A program made the position numbers and the translations under genes. From positions 27,156,001 through 27,220,000 of the forward strand of contig OZ024752.1 in assembly GCA_964016885.1 (NCBI GenBank): DNA of 64,000 bases, given 5' to 3'. The DNA is from Eledone cirrhosa. Lineage: Eukaryota. Below the pieces are notes generated by a model that did not search any database, had not been told where the DNA came from, and worked only from the letters and a program-made list of their open reading frames with translations. Shown piece after piece: positions 10,588-25,325 of the stretch (the first letter of the stretch is position 1; every line of letters begins with the position of its first letter).

Positions 10588-11674
10588 GTGTGTGTGTGTG
10601 TGTGTCCATTCATAATAGATCAGTTTTAGATAAATATGATTCAATTGAAACATTTCTCTGGACAGAGAAAAGTCTTTGATCATATACAAACTGTTTATAC
10701 TCCGCCCCCCCCCCCCCCCCACATATATATATATACATATATATATATGTAGTGTTAGTCTGTGTGAGAGATCAAGTGGGAATTGTGTATTTGTGTGTGT
10801 AAATTTACGAACAAAATTCTGAATATTGAAATCGTTGAGTACAAAAAATGTTTATTGTAAATATTAATTTTCTTTACACATTTAGTTCCATTCTTAATAC
10901 AACATATTTTAGGTGAATGTGACTCAATTGAAGATTTTCTCTTTGATGGTATTCAAACTGTTATCACACAAGCACCCCCAACCCCTCACACACACTCACA
11001 CGTCTATATATATAAATATATATACTCATACATAGTAACTCACAAAAGAAAGTGGGTAGGGATTGATTTAAGAAATAAAGGACTTATTACTCAGAAAATT
11101 GAGTTTTCATGGTTAGGCTTAAATGTGAGGTTTACGGCCTCTTTTTTTATCAATCAACATCGGCGATGTTTTCTCTCAAGCTTACATTTCTCATTGGACG
11201 AATATATGTACAAGTAGAAATCATGCCACTAAGTAATTTGCGCCAAGTATAATTTTCCTAATTAAAAGAGGTTGATCTAAGGGAAATAATTCAAACCAAA
11301 CAGTGGCCTCTATTTTTATAATACATGTAGTTGTTAATGTGCTTTGACCCTGATTTTAACTGAAATATGATTTTAGGTTTTTATTTCGATATGAACAACA
11401 ACACCACCAACAACTAGGTCTATCAAAATGATCTTATCAAAAGCCATTTGGGGAACACTATGTATTTGTTGATATGCTAGATATAATAGCTACGCATGCT
11501 TCAAATCTTGGTCAAGCGTATTGGGAAAAGAAATGTTACATTAGATATTTGTGTCCTAGATACAGCATGTCGGAAATGATTATTAGGTATTCACTGCTGG
11601 AGCACCTTAGAGCATATCTCAGTTACGGACGTTTCAGTAAAAACTAAAGGGGTTTTATTATCTTCTTAGATAAA

Positions 11675-11864
11675 GGGCGGTGGATTGGCAGTATCGGTAG
11701 AGGGTCGGACGCCATGCTTTGTAGCAAAGAGTTACGGCCCTTTATGGTCTGAGTTCAAATCCCACCGAGGTTAACTTTGCCTTTCATCCTTACGGGGTCG
11801 ATAAAATAAAGTACCAGTAATACACTGGTTAATTGCTGGCCTAGTGCCAAAAGTAGAAACAATT
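11675..11864 (+). mobile_element. SINE family A with target-site duplication
   Basis: Family A sequence flanked by ttatcttcttag on both sides. Confidence 0.85.
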
Positions 11865-12368
11865 ATCTTCTTAGGTATAAATAGATGAGAGATACTTGTT
11901 ACTAAATGTTGTTAGTTTATCCTATAATAATTTCTATCGGAGTAACTTCATCTCTCTTGAAGGATTTTTGTGCACGAAGAGTCTCTCGCCATTTCGCAGA
12001 TATAACCAGAATCTAGAGAATATCTAATGTTCTAGGGAGACAATTGGAAGGTCATAATACGTAGATTGCTATTGCTTCTAAACATAGGAGCGCCTGATCT
12101 TAGTATTACACACTAACCAGAGATAGTGCTAATGATTGATTGAATTGCAGTTTATCATCTGTTCCTCTATAGTTAAACACCTGTTAGTAGAATCTTCTAA
12201 TTGGATAGGAGGTGTTGTTAAGGCTATAAACAATTTCTTCCATCTCCGATCAACAGGATTAAACCCATTAATTTCTCGATAACTAATCGGATCAATAACA
12301 TCACACAAGCATACACAATCTCAAGCAGTTATACCGTATTTATCCTTTTACCTTTCATTCGTATTTAG

Positions 12369-12533
12369 CTGTTGCTGTGTGATGTCATGGCTCACACCAC
12401 TCTGGAAAATGTTGTTGAAGATTCGCCATCCATACTGAACGGATACCCAAAGCTTCGAGCTCACATGAATCGCGTCTCTGACCATCCAAAAATACATTCC
12501 TATCTCAAAGAACGTGCACCCACAGACTTCTGA
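12369..12533 (+). CDS. S-crystallin / sigma-GST last exon (LLLCDVMAHTTLENVVEDSPSILNGYPKLRAHMNRVSDHPKIHSYLKERAPTDF*)
   Basis: Pyrimidine tract and tttAG acceptor, in frame with previous exon, GST C-terminal motifs (LxLCD, YPKL, HPKIxxYLKxR..TxF), TGA at 12531-12533. Confidence 0.92.
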   Translation: MLLCDVMAHTTLENVVEDSPSILNGYPKLRAHMNRVSDHPKIHSYLKERAPTDF

Positions 12534-12592
12534 AGAGAAAATTTATTGATTGGTTTAACTGTAATTGGTTTGCATTATTATCATTATTTTTT

Positions 12593-12598
12593 AATAAA
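12593..12598 (+). terminator. Putative polyadenylation signal AATAAA
   Basis: About 60 nt after the stop codon of the last exon, followed by a GT/T-rich stretch. Confidence 0.5.
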
Positions 12599-12672
12599 AA
12601 TACATTTTGTAGCTGTGTTGATTTCCCTCTCCTTTTCTCCGTCTCCGTCTTTCTCTAAATACATATATACAA

Positions 12673-12867
<195 letters not shown>

Positions 12868-12959
12868 TATATATAGTATTCTATATGTATATAATATTCT
12901 AAACTGAACACTAAAAGAATTAGCCGGAATAGAAAACGAAGAAAATAATGATTGCATTT

Positions 12960-13285
12960 AGAATACACCAAACACAATCAAATGGAGACAGATTATATCT
13001 AACACGAACACAAGGAGAAAGGGGCCTTATGTAACTAGAAACCTTTTATGAAATAACTACTGTAGGGCTACAAAAATATCTGATCAACAACAAAGGAATT
13101 TTTTTTCTAGGAAGCCAACAAATTTACAGCAGAAGCCGAATTAAGATATAACTGTAAAGAAAATGAAAGCAAAGAAGAAACAGCCACAGGATTTGTGAAA
13201 AACATAGAATCTAAATTAAAAACAGATCTCCAGAATATTAAATGATGACAAGAAAAACTCTTACATTGCCAATACACGAAAAAAA
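12960..13285 (+). mobile_element. Degenerate R4/Dong-like non-LTR fragment
   Basis: Translates ...GDRLYLTRTQGERGLM*LETFYEITTVGLQKYL, similar to DRIYLPRKEGGRGL..LDIALK.ATIGLSTYL in the 46-55 kb elements. Confidence 0.55.
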
Positions 13286-13449
13286 AAATATATATATATA
13301 TATATTTATATTTAGGTTTGTTGGTTCACCACTGGATAGAACTATGGTCAACCTCGATGTAATATTATGGAGAGCACTCAACGTAATGCAACTCACCCGT
13401 TTTCGTTTGTGTAGTTGGTGGTGTGAGTACGGAGTTAATTATTATAAAA

Positions 13450-13809
13450 TAACAGGAGGCTGGATTGGTGTAAATCCTTGAAAGGTTTATTATACTATGA
13501 ACATTTCAATGACCGGGTTCAAGTATGAATCCGGTGACATCATCAGGTATTCAAAATATAACAAAGGAATATAACAGATAAAATCCATGGGGCTGAAAAT
13601 CAGAGACAAGAGGACGACCGTCTATTTAGCAGCTTCTACCTCAGTCGGCCGCCCTCTGACTTTTCAGCCCCATGGATTTTATCTGTTATATTCCTTTGTT
13701 ATATTTTGAATACCTGATGATGTCACCGGATTCATACCGAACCCGTTCATTGAAATGATCATAGTATAATAAACCTTTCAAGGATTTACACCAATCCAGC
13801 CTCCTGTTA
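13450..13809. mobile_element. Fold-back PLE pLTR with two opposed HHRs (+ 13710-13767; - about 13492-13550)
   Basis: ~155-bp inverted arms; atac CTGATGA tgtcaccgg...cgttcatt GAAA tgatca TA gtat; followed by (TA)n. Confidence 0.75.
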
Positions 13810-13810
13810 G

Positions 13811-13848
<38 letters not shown>

Positions 13849-13859
<11 letters not shown>

Positions 13860-14734
13860 TACAATATCAGAGAAAGCATTTTAGCGATACTCCGGCCAAA
13901 TTCCAACTCACTCAACAAACATTAGGAAATAAGTGATTATATTCCCAATTATGCGTTCGGGGTGCTAACTAAAAGTATTGCGTGGAAAATTGGCTGTATT
14001 ATTTCATACGAGACATATCGAATATATCTCTTCCCAGACGGACGTCTCGTTTCATTATAGGATTCCTACAATTTGGGTTAAATTATACCAATTTATGTAG
14101 GAGCTTGTATACCATCAATAGATATATATTCAAGTGGGCTCCTATAATTCATCAGTGAGTGCCCCAATAATACTAATATTGATAATCTAACCAACATCAG
14201 TATTTAGCGATAATCATCATCTGTGCCTGAGGTATCTGTCAGGTTGCCAGTCCAGCAGTTCTAAAGAAATGCTCAAACTGATTCAAAAATGAGGAAGTAA
14301 ATTACCGCAAAAAAAACCAATACATGCGCATGACAATGAACTCTAAAAGGAATTCAGGCCACGTGTTAAGAACTCAATTGGAAATTGAAAAAATATCTAT
14401 GTGTGACCAACATTTGATGACACACATATTTTCTCGGGCAAAATAACAGAATGAGATATAAGGAACAATCAATATTCATATATAAAAAATAAACAAAGAA
14501 ATTCTAACCTTATACCGGGAGAATTTCAAATCTGCTGCGCCAAGAGTAAATAAATAAATACAATATCGGAGAAAGCTTTTTAGCGATACTCCGGCCAAAT
14601 TCCAACTCACTCAACAAACATTAGGAAATAAGTGATTATATTCCCAATTATGCGTTCGGGGTGCTAACTAAAAGTATTGCGTGGAAAATTGGCTGTATTA
14701 TTTCATATGAGACATATCGAATATATCTCTTCCA
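13849..14734 (-). mobile_element. Retrozyme-like family 3: ~699-nt unit with ~185-nt terminal direct repeat
   Basis: 13849-14034 repeated at 14548-14734; HHR adjacent to the left repeat; (TA)n on both sides. Confidence 0.7.
14033..14159 (-). ncRNA. Type I hammerhead ribozyme with large branched stem II
   Basis: Minus strand ctca CTGATGA attatagga[two internal hairpins]tcctataat GAAA cgagacgtccg TC tggg. Confidence 0.72.
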
Positions 14735-14789
14735 TATATATATATGTGTGTGTGTGTGTATATATTTATTAAAATGACAGATTAAAGTT

Positions 14790-15275
14790 TGAGCAAAGAA
14801 TCGCTGCTTTCACCATTAATAATAATATTCGATTGCAAATATGCAAACAAGCCTCATTATAAAGCCATGTCAGGAGAATGAGCCCCTCATTCTTGCTCTT
14901 GTGTTGGCATATCAACAGAACTGCAGACGCTAATGGTTCTGGGTTATACCCTTCATCAGTACAGTACGCTAATGGTTCTGGGTTATACCCTTCACTATTC
15001 ACCTGTCAACCGTCAGAGCTAGTGAAAATATATATTTTCTAAAATATACAGTGATTGATCGGCCTGATTTGCATATTAGCAGACTGGCTGATCAATCAGA
15101 TTTGCATATTAACAGATCCACTGATCAGAGCAAGAATGAGGGCCTGATTCTACTGCCATGGCTTTAAAAATGAGGCTTGTTTGTATAATTGCAAACGAAT
15201 CGAATATTATTATTAATATTCGAAAAACTCAGATTATATTTATTGTATTCAGCCATGTAAAGCGAACAAACGATT
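14790..15275. mobile_element. Degenerate MITE-like element with long imperfect inverted ends
   Basis: taataatattcgatt..gcaaacaagcctcatt..aaagccatg..ctcattcttgctct mirrored at ~15127-15218; internal 27-bp tandem duplication acgctaatggttctgggttatacccttca. Confidence 0.55.
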
Positions 15276-15467
15276 TTTTTTTTCATTATATATATATATA
15301 TAAATTGTCCTTTGTAACTATTTGGTATGTTTATTTTACATATATACGTCATTTTACATTTAATTTAATATAAATGCTCGTATTTACTACCTGAAATCTT
15401 AGAGCATATTTCCACAGGTGATATGGCGCATGATTCTGATACTCTCAGACATGACTTCCTTAATCTA

Positions 15468-15603
<136 letters not shown>

Positions 15604-16149
15604 TAGGTAAAGACTTTCGGGTCAACATTTTCATACCCGCACTTTCTGACTTAGAGAAACAATTTCTGCTGCATTTATTTAGTCACAAAAATATGACTGT
15701 GGTAAAGATGACTGGCAAATCTCGCGTGAATGGCTATAAGCATAAGTCTCGTTTCTCTGCATAAATGACTTGCGTTAGGGGAGGCAACTGTTTTGAGAAA
15801 GAGATATACTCTTATTTCCCCTGGCGGCTTTCCCATCTTCTCGAACTTTGGGCTATTTTTCGTTAACAATTCCATGACAAGCCTCGGCCGCTCTCTGATA
15901 GGTTTGTGTTAGAGCCGATAACAGAGAATACATCAGGCATTGTTAGTCCTCAGACCACATCCTTGCTCACTACTATCACTGAGCCGTTTACAATTGCATG
16001 AATATACCAACATTGCTGAAGTATTTTGTAGAGTTTAAGGTTAAGCGATTTCGTTAAATACCTTATTCAACAGTATAAGTCATTCAGCTAACATCACTAG
16101 TGTAGGTGTGTTGATTCTACTTGTATGAGGTTTTTAGTTTTAAGGCATA

Positions 16150-16288
16150 CCGTATTTCCCGGCGTCGAAGACGCTACTTTTTTCCTAACATAAGTCTAAA
16201 AAATCTACCATGCGTCCTGGAAGCCGAAGGTTGTCAAATTTAGGGTGCGTCCTCGAGGACGAAGCGTCTTCGGCGCCGGGAAATACGG
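16150..16288. mobile_element. Tc1/mariner-pogo type MITE (139 bp)
   Basis: TIRs CCGTATTTCCCGGCGTCGAAGACGC / GCGTCTTCGGCGCCGGGAAATACGG flanked by TA target duplication. Confidence 0.8.
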
Positions 16289-17879
16289 TACATATTGAAT
16301 CATAGGCAATATATATTCTATGACATACTCAATCACATCTTTTAAACAGAACGGGTCAAAAAAACATGCGATGTTATCCTGTGTCATAAAATGAATTTTT
16401 TGCTTTGTGAAATATTATTGTCAATTTATAAAATCAATTGCTCTCAGATATAAAAGAAAAATAATGATTTAGAAAATAATAAAAATTCTAAAATATTTAT
16501 TTTATTTATTTTTTAGATTTTAAAAGCAATTTTAAGTGATAAAAATAATTATTAACATATTAAACATTATTAGCACGAAAATAATTTTTATTAAATAAAA
16601 ATAATTTTCATCATATAATAATCATTGCTATTTCATAATAATAATTGCTAGCATATAGTAACTACTAACATATAAAAAATAATTTATAACAGATAAAAGA
16701 CAGTTATTAGCATATAAAAATAATAATTTAAAATGCGTTAATAATTGACAAAAGTTGAAAACAATTTCTAAAGTATAATAATCATTATAGCTGTTAAATA
16801 TTATTGTTAACATCAATCAAATATATAAAAAAAAAACAATTGCTCACAGCGAACAATGAAAGTGTTAGTGTTAACAGACTAAAAGAGGTATTGAAGGCGT
16901 AACTATAATTAAACAGAAAGGAAATTGGTAATGATGTGGAGAGGAGTTAAAGAAAATAAGACAGGGAAAGGCAGAATAGGATAGAGAGAAAGAGGAGGAG
17001 GAGGGAAAGAGGGGGAGAGGAGGAGCGAGAGAGAGAGAGTAAGCCGAGTGAAAAGGGAATTAGTGGGGGAAAGGGTGAGAGCGTACGTTAAATAATTGAA
17101 AAAAACGAAACCATCAGAGCAAAACAAAATATCAATCACAAGTTAAAAGATTCAAAGCAAATTTGTCGGTCTATTTTTTATTGCCATGTAACATTTCGCA
17201 CTCACACCACATATAGCCCTTTATAGTCACTGTCCATATTTCATGACCATACATCATACATTTTATATTCATTTATTAAGACCGCTGTTATCACTGCTCA
17301 CGTTTCATTACTACACATACCACATCTAAAAGACATTACATACAGCCATCATACATTCACACTATTATAACACCATATATTCTGTATTCACATTACTATA
17401 CATCAAACACCGATCTCTACATTCAAAATCGAAATTTCATTACCAAACATCATTGTAAATATTATATACACATTATTTAGTTCTGTACGTTCACGGCCAT
17501 ACAACATACTATCTTTTGTACATACTTCGTATGGACCTCTAAATACACTGTCTACGTTCCACTACGATAGGCCAACAAAAATTTTGCACACACTACATAT
17601 AGTTCACTACCGCTATTTTCCATGTTTCACTACCATGCACCCCTCATCTAATAAATGCCAAATATAGGTTTATATATTCACTATCCATATTGAACTGTCA
17701 TATAGGATATGAAATAAAAACAAATTGATCATTGCACAATTTTCACATCCTATGTTCCAACTGAGGCTAGATCTGATGGTTATTCTAACCAGTGAGTTTG
17801 TCCATTTGTCTATGGGTCACAAGTGTGAAAATATACTCTTGACAGATGCAATGTGTCCAAACACGGAAGAGCCGAACTC

Positions 17880-18215
17880 CCACCGTCATCGCTCCCATCT
17901 CTGTCGCCCTCCCCATCTCTCTGTATAGTGAGCAAATGGCGTCCCACGTGCTGGCGGCACCACAGCCCCGGCGGACAGAATGGAGAAGGCGTTTCCCCGG
18001 ATGATGGTAAGGGAGATGCCCTGGAAGAGCCATTCCATCTCTCTCGGGAGGCTCACACCTGCGGCGGGCCAACTCAGAGCCTATGGTAGTGAGTAGGGAG
18101 GTAGCCCTAGGTCCAAGGACACCAGAAGTCTCCACTGCCAAGGGTACCACCGCAAGACTGTTGGAGAGCGACCGGTACTTGGAGAGTTTTGCCTCCTCAG
18201 TCCGAAGTGCAGCAG
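17880..18215 (-). mobile_element. 3' fragment of a CRE-like non-LTR retrotransposon (restriction-like endonuclease end)
   Basis: KYRSLSNSLAVVPLAVETSGVLGPRATSLLTTIGSEL...(frameshift)WLFQGISLTIIRGNAFSIL resembles the CRE-clade C-terminus. Confidence 0.65.
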
Positions 18216-18439
18216 AACTTGATTATTGATCGAAAGTATGTTATGATAATCACAGAATAGATGATTTTGATAAATGATTACGTACTTTGACAGTCTTAGA
18301 TTTATGTAGTTTCTAATTTTACATGACAGTGAGGAATTATAGATGAATTATTATTTTGAAAAACAATATTTAATGAACATATATTAGCGAACTTATTTAA
18401 AATAGTTTCTTGTCTTAAAAACTGACATCCATCATGCAT

Positions 18440-18700
18440 CTATAACACCAACCACAACAACAATAGCAACAGCACCAACCACAACAACAACAGCAACAAC
18501 AATAACAACAACAATAACAACAACAGCAACAACGATTACAACAACAGCAACGACAACAAAAACAACAGCAACAACAATAGCAACAAAAATAGCAACAAAA
18601 ATAGCAACAACAATAGCAACAACAACAGCAACAGCAACAACAACAAATAACAACAACAATAAAAACATTAACAACAACAATAGCAACAACAATATCAACG

Positions 18701-18733
<33 letters not shown>

Positions 18734-19270
18734 GCAACAACAACAGCAACAACAACAACAACAAAAATAGCAACAACAATAGCAACAACAATAGCAACAA
18801 CAATATCAACAACAATAGCAACAACAATATCAACAACAGCAACAACAACAAATAACAACAACACCAACAACAACAGCAACAAAAACAACAACAAAAATAG
18901 CAACAACAATAGCAACAACAATAGCAACAACAATAGCAACAACAACATCAGCAACAACATCAACAACAACAAATAACAACAACAACAAGAACAACAGCAA
19001 CAACAATAGCAACAAACATAGCAACAACAACAGCAACAACAACAACAACAGCAAGAACAGTAACAACGTCAACAACAACAATCGCAACACAAATAGCAAC
19101 AACAATAGCAACAACAATATCAACAACAACAGCAACAACAACAAATAACAACAACAATACCAACATCAACAACAACAATAGCAACAAAAATAGCAACAAC
19201 AATAGCAACAACAATAGCAACAACATCAACAACAACAGCAACAACACCAAATAACAACAACATTAACAAT
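18440..19270. repeat. Compound (CAA/CAG/TAG)n microsatellite
   Basis: Direct reading. Confidence 0.9.
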
Positions 19271-19346
19271 AAACAGTTTGAACCAGATAAGTGAAGTCAT
19301 ATTTCAGTAAAAAGCTACGCATTTTTAAAAGATACAAAAATTACAA

Positions 19347-19625
19347 TCTGGCAGGAAGGTATACGTTGCTGACGATAGCTAATAAGCTTGAAACTAGTAC
19401 ATCGTTCCTTTGTCAGTGTTGAACAAATGAGTAACGATGGTTGCTAGACACTGTACGGCTTAATTCAGAATGTTTGTTTACAAACACACCGAGCATTATA
19501 ATAAATGTTCGGTGAATCCATACGTACATTTATATATACGTGTGCATGTATGTATATATATATATATATATATATATACATACTACTGTATGTCTGTATA
19601 CATATATGTATGTACGTATACATAC
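19347..19625 (+). mobile_element. Diverged retrozyme family 1 partial copy, HHR at 19363-19405
   Basis: acgttg CTGACGA tagctaataagctt GAAA ctag TA catcgt followed by unit body. Confidence 0.7.
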
Positions 19626-19799
19626 TAAAATTACAATCATTTTAAATCTAAATAGTCAAGAATTTGTGTATATTAAAAAAAACTATTATTCAGATAAATT
19701 AGGTTTTCCTTTATGTTTTACAATAGGTGATACAAATTTAGTGTTAAAAACACTATCTTTCTAAAACAATTAGAATATCTGTTTTTTAAATCTATATAT

Positions 19800-20370
19800 A
19801 CACTCTCACACACACATATATATATATATATATACACTCACACACACACATACATATATACACACACACATATATACACACACACATATATATACACTCA
19901 CACACACATATATACACTCACACACATATATATATTTATATATATATATATATATATACATATACATACGCACATATATATATATATATATACACACACA
20001 TATACACTCACACACATATATATATACACTCACACACACATATATACACTTACAAACACACATATACACTCACACACATATATATACTCACACACATATA
20101 TATATATACACACACACATATATATACACACACACATATATATACACACACACATATACACTCACACACATATATATACTCACACACATATATATATATA
20201 TACACACACACATATATATACACACACACACATATATACACACACACATATACACTCACACACATATATATACACACACACATATATACACTAACACACA
20301 TATATATACACACACATATATATATATACACACACACATATATATACACTCACACACACATATATACACG

Positions 20371-20420
<50 letters not shown>

Positions 20421-20686
20421 TATATACACACACACATATATACACTCACACAGATATATATACACACATATATATATACACACACACACACATATATATA
20501 CACTCACACACACATATATACACGCACGCACACATATACACTCACACATATATATATATATACACACATACATATATATACACACACACACATATACACT
20601 CACACACATATATATATACACTCACACACATATATACACTCACACACATATATATACACACATACACGCACACATATATACACTCA
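19800..20686. repeat. Compound (CA)n/(TA)n minisatellite
   Basis: Repeated cactcacacacatatatata units. Confidence 0.9.
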
Positions 20687-20995
20687 ATTTAGCCAGTATA
20701 TTGAGTCAAAATTTGGCAAACACTGGCATGTTTATTTTTCATACAAACTATTTGTGATTGTAAAATTTTCTAAAGCTTGTCACCCTCTCCCTTTCCTTCT
20801 CTTTCTTCCGTGACCTAATAATCCTTGCTCTTTGCCTCCTTTATTTCTCATTTATGGCATTTGTAGTCTTTCCTTTACTTTCCTATTCGTCAGATCTGCT
20901 CTTTGTTATCCATCCCCATTTTCATTATTTATATAATTAATTATGAAAACTTAATAAATTATTTACAAAAGAAACAATCAATAACATTTTGAAAT

Positions 20996-21180
20996 AGTTG
21001 TTTCAACTTTAGGCACAAGGCCAGCAATTACCCAGTGCATTACTGGTACTTTATTTTATCGACCCCGTAAGGATAGAAGGAAAAGTTAACCTCGGCGGGA
21101 TTTGAACTCAGATCGTAAAGGGACGTAACTATGCTGGAAAGCATGGCGTCCGACCCTCTACCGATACTGCCAATCCACCG
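20996..21180 (-). mobile_element. SINE family A
   Basis: Reverse complement of family A; flanked by ataacattt/gtgaaatagt duplication. Confidence 0.8.
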
Positions 21181-21293
21181 TACATAACATTGTGAAATAG
21201 TATTAGAGTATCAGACACTCACACTCAGTAAACTATGGTGACCAAACAACATTTTGCATAAAAGGTTTTGATAAAGTGGAATATTGATGATCA

Positions 21294-21839
<546 letters not shown>

Positions 21840-21970
21840 CATACATATATAGTAAAACTTTTATACTCTGCTATGTATTGAGTACCTTACTTACTGTGGT
21901 TACCTCCGATTCAACCCGGAATAACGTACATACATATATATACATATATATATATACATTTATATGTATG

Positions 21971-22028
<58 letters not shown>

Positions 22029-23844
22029 AGAGTTCTATTTAAATTGTTGGGATACAACAAGCAAATATTTTTATAACTGATATAAAGCACTCAACAAATA
22101 ATTGGAGTAAAAATACGATATTAACAAATGGAAACTATATTTATAAAACCATATTTATTTCATTATACATATTTCAAGGACACCAAGTTAAATTATGGTG
22201 TGCTTTCATCAGATAATATATAATATAGATCAGTTTTATAAATACATATTGACATACCCTTAAAGAATGCAACCATTACTGTTGGAAGCTCCCGGATAGT
22301 AGAGTTATAGCGTTAATTATTAGTATTGGATATTTTTAAAATAAGCCGTTGGGTTACGGAGAAATAGAAAGATAGAGAAGGAAAGAGAGAGAGAGAGAGA
22401 GCAGAATAAACAGAGAGAGAAATATGGAGAGAGAGAGGAGACAGAAAAAATGAGAGAGAACGAAAAACTGTAAGTCATATCTTGTTGAGTTAACTTAAGA
22501 ATTGAGATGAAATGAATAAATAAAAATTAGAAATGTTAATAATCCTGAATGGAATATAGATATAATATGAGAAATTTAACCATTGTTTAAATATGATAAG
22601 ATGTTTAGTTAATCAGTTAAATATTGAGATCCATATATTAAAAATTGGGATCTATATATTAAGAAATCCATATATTATTAAAGATCTATATATTACATAA
22701 CACGTATACGCACGCAAAAAATACGTACATATACATATATATACACACTTATAAAAATACATATATACATATCTAACTACGTATATAACATATACATACA
22801 AAATATAAAGGATTCTTTAATTTAATTTAAGATATAGGAATCTTATAAAATGTTAAATTGTTAAGATATTAAAGGAAATTTTATGTTATACACACTTTAT
22901 GTTATTAAACAAAATTTTTTTATATAAGTTTTATAAGATTACCTCCTATGTATTTATGGCAGTTATTATATGTCTTTTTGTCACGAATCTTGGGATAATC
23001 ACTATACATAAGTGCAATCGAATTATATGGATAAACACGCACATGTACATACACAATTCCCACATATACATACATATATGTACCCTCACAAATAGGTAGA
23101 TACGCATCACGTATATATAAACATACAGATAGACATACACGCATAAAACATATGTACATGCATGTCAATACACACATATACATATGTACACACATATAGA
23201 GAGAAGTACATATAAATACAGTACATAGTATAATTGAGTACATAAAATACAAAAGAACTATATTACGATTTGAAAATATAATTATAAGCAATATAACTTT
23301 AAAATCAATATAACTTTAAAATATTATAGAATATTTCAAGTTATAATTTCAAAATAATAGTATGTTTAATATATTTAGTATAGAAAATTTTCTAGGTATA
23401 TTTAACTTAATTTTATATCCATAAGAAAAATAAACAGAAACTTTGAAAGGATAAACTTTCGAAAATAGGAGAAGCTATCAAACAATAAAAAATAAAAAAA
23501 TATGAGAAATATTTTCTCCCTTCAAGAGCTCTCAGTATATTTCTCTAGAATAGTCTATTATATTTATTTATATTTAGGAAGAAAAGTTATTTTTACTTGA
23601 GTGTATAATCATTCAAAAAAGGATGAAGGAATCTAATGATTTATCGACAGGTTCAATATATCAATAAAATTAATTAATTAATTATATAATTTTACATTTT
23701 AAATTTATATTTATATTTCAATGTTGAGTTTAATCTATGTCTACAGCAACTGAATAACTTATTCCTTAAGTTCAGGGACTACCCCAAGTATCGAGTACTC
23801 TGGTGCGTTATGGTTCGCCTGGTATCTTACCACACCCTATTTGT

Positions 23845-23881
<37 letters not shown>

Positions 23882-23924
23882 GCACACACACACATATATA
23901 TATATATATATACACACATACACG

Positions 23925-23963
<39 letters not shown>

Positions 23964-24719
23964 GATTCATAGAAGATCTTCGAGAAACTTCTCAGTACTC
24001 TGTTATATTTGTCTTGTTTCATAATGTCTGCCAGTTCTGCCAGATTTGTATTAAAATTGGCACCTCAGTTATTGGTGGTGGTGGTGGTGGTGGTGGTCAT
24101 GATGGTTGTGATGGTGGCGGTGGTGGTCACGAGGTTTGTGATGGTGGTGATGGTGATGATAATGACGATGATGAGGATAAGGATGATATTCATGTAGGAG
24201 TTGATACTCAATCAATATTGTGAGTTGTAGTGTTGCTGTGTTAACTAATGGTTATCTAATCTGTATTTTATTGTGGAAATGTGTAATTTAAAGAAGATTT
24301 AACTTCAGTTTCTCGCAAGTTGAATCACAGCATAAATGTCTCTTCTGTTTCCATATCAGGATTCCTTTTACGCAGAAGTTAATGGATGCAAGAAACAATA
24401 CCATTATAGACGTGATGTAGTGCGTATTAGAGTTATATAATAAAATAACTTTGTCATCTACAAGGGATGTGTCAGAAATGGTACGATACTGGATAGGATA
24501 CCTGTTGTATTTACTTGTATCACTTTTTGTTTTGATATTAAATCGTATTCTATCACCTTCACAATATATCCTTGGTATTGATATAGTAATGACATGTTTT
24601 TATATTAAATCCTATTCTATTACCTTCACAATATATCCCTGGTATTGATATAGTAATGTCAATGATAACTGGGAAACGTTCAATTTAATCATTATGTAAC
24701 ATATATCATCATAGTCATT

Positions 24720-25325
24720 ATCATAAATTTGACAACCATTCCTACATGCTTGCATGATTTGTCAAATCCTGTCTAACAAAAACACTCGTGTGACCATATC
24801 TTTTTCATTCTGTTTCTTCCACATCTTTCTTACAAATGGATCCTTTGGTACTGCTTTAACAAACCCCAATCCACTATTAGTCCGTATATAGGGCGGTGGG
24901 TTGGCAGTATCGTTAGAGCGTCAGACACCATGCATTGTAGCATAGTGTTATGGCCCTTCATGATCTGAGTTCAAATCTCGCCAAGGTTAACTTTGCCTTT
25001 CATCCTTAAGGAGTCGATAAAATAAAGCACCAGTAATGCACTGGGGTCGATTTAATCGACTTTCCCCTCCCCAAAATTGTTGGCCTTGTGCCTATACTAG
25101 AAATCATTATTAGTCCGTATAAATAAACTCTCCTTTCTTACACATTACATCTGATTCCAACTATTCCCAGTTGTTTTCTTAACTCATTTATGTTTTGTCG
25201 TTCATGTTAACTAACGTTACACATCCAGTGGATCTTTTTCGCTTAATTTCTGTTTAACTTTAGCACATCTTCAATATTTAATACCCATGTCTCGCTACGA
25301 TGTAACATCGCACTACGTACACAAG
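24720..25325 (-). mobile_element. Degenerate RTE-like LINE fragment interrupted by a SINE
   Basis: Minus strand reads CVRSAMLHRSETW...HWMCNVS*HERQNINELRKQLGI, like an RTE-type thumb region. Confidence 0.5.
24891..25109 (+). mobile_element. SINE family A variant with TSD
   Basis: A/B boxes and body; tattagtccgtata duplicated on both sides. Confidence 0.8.
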
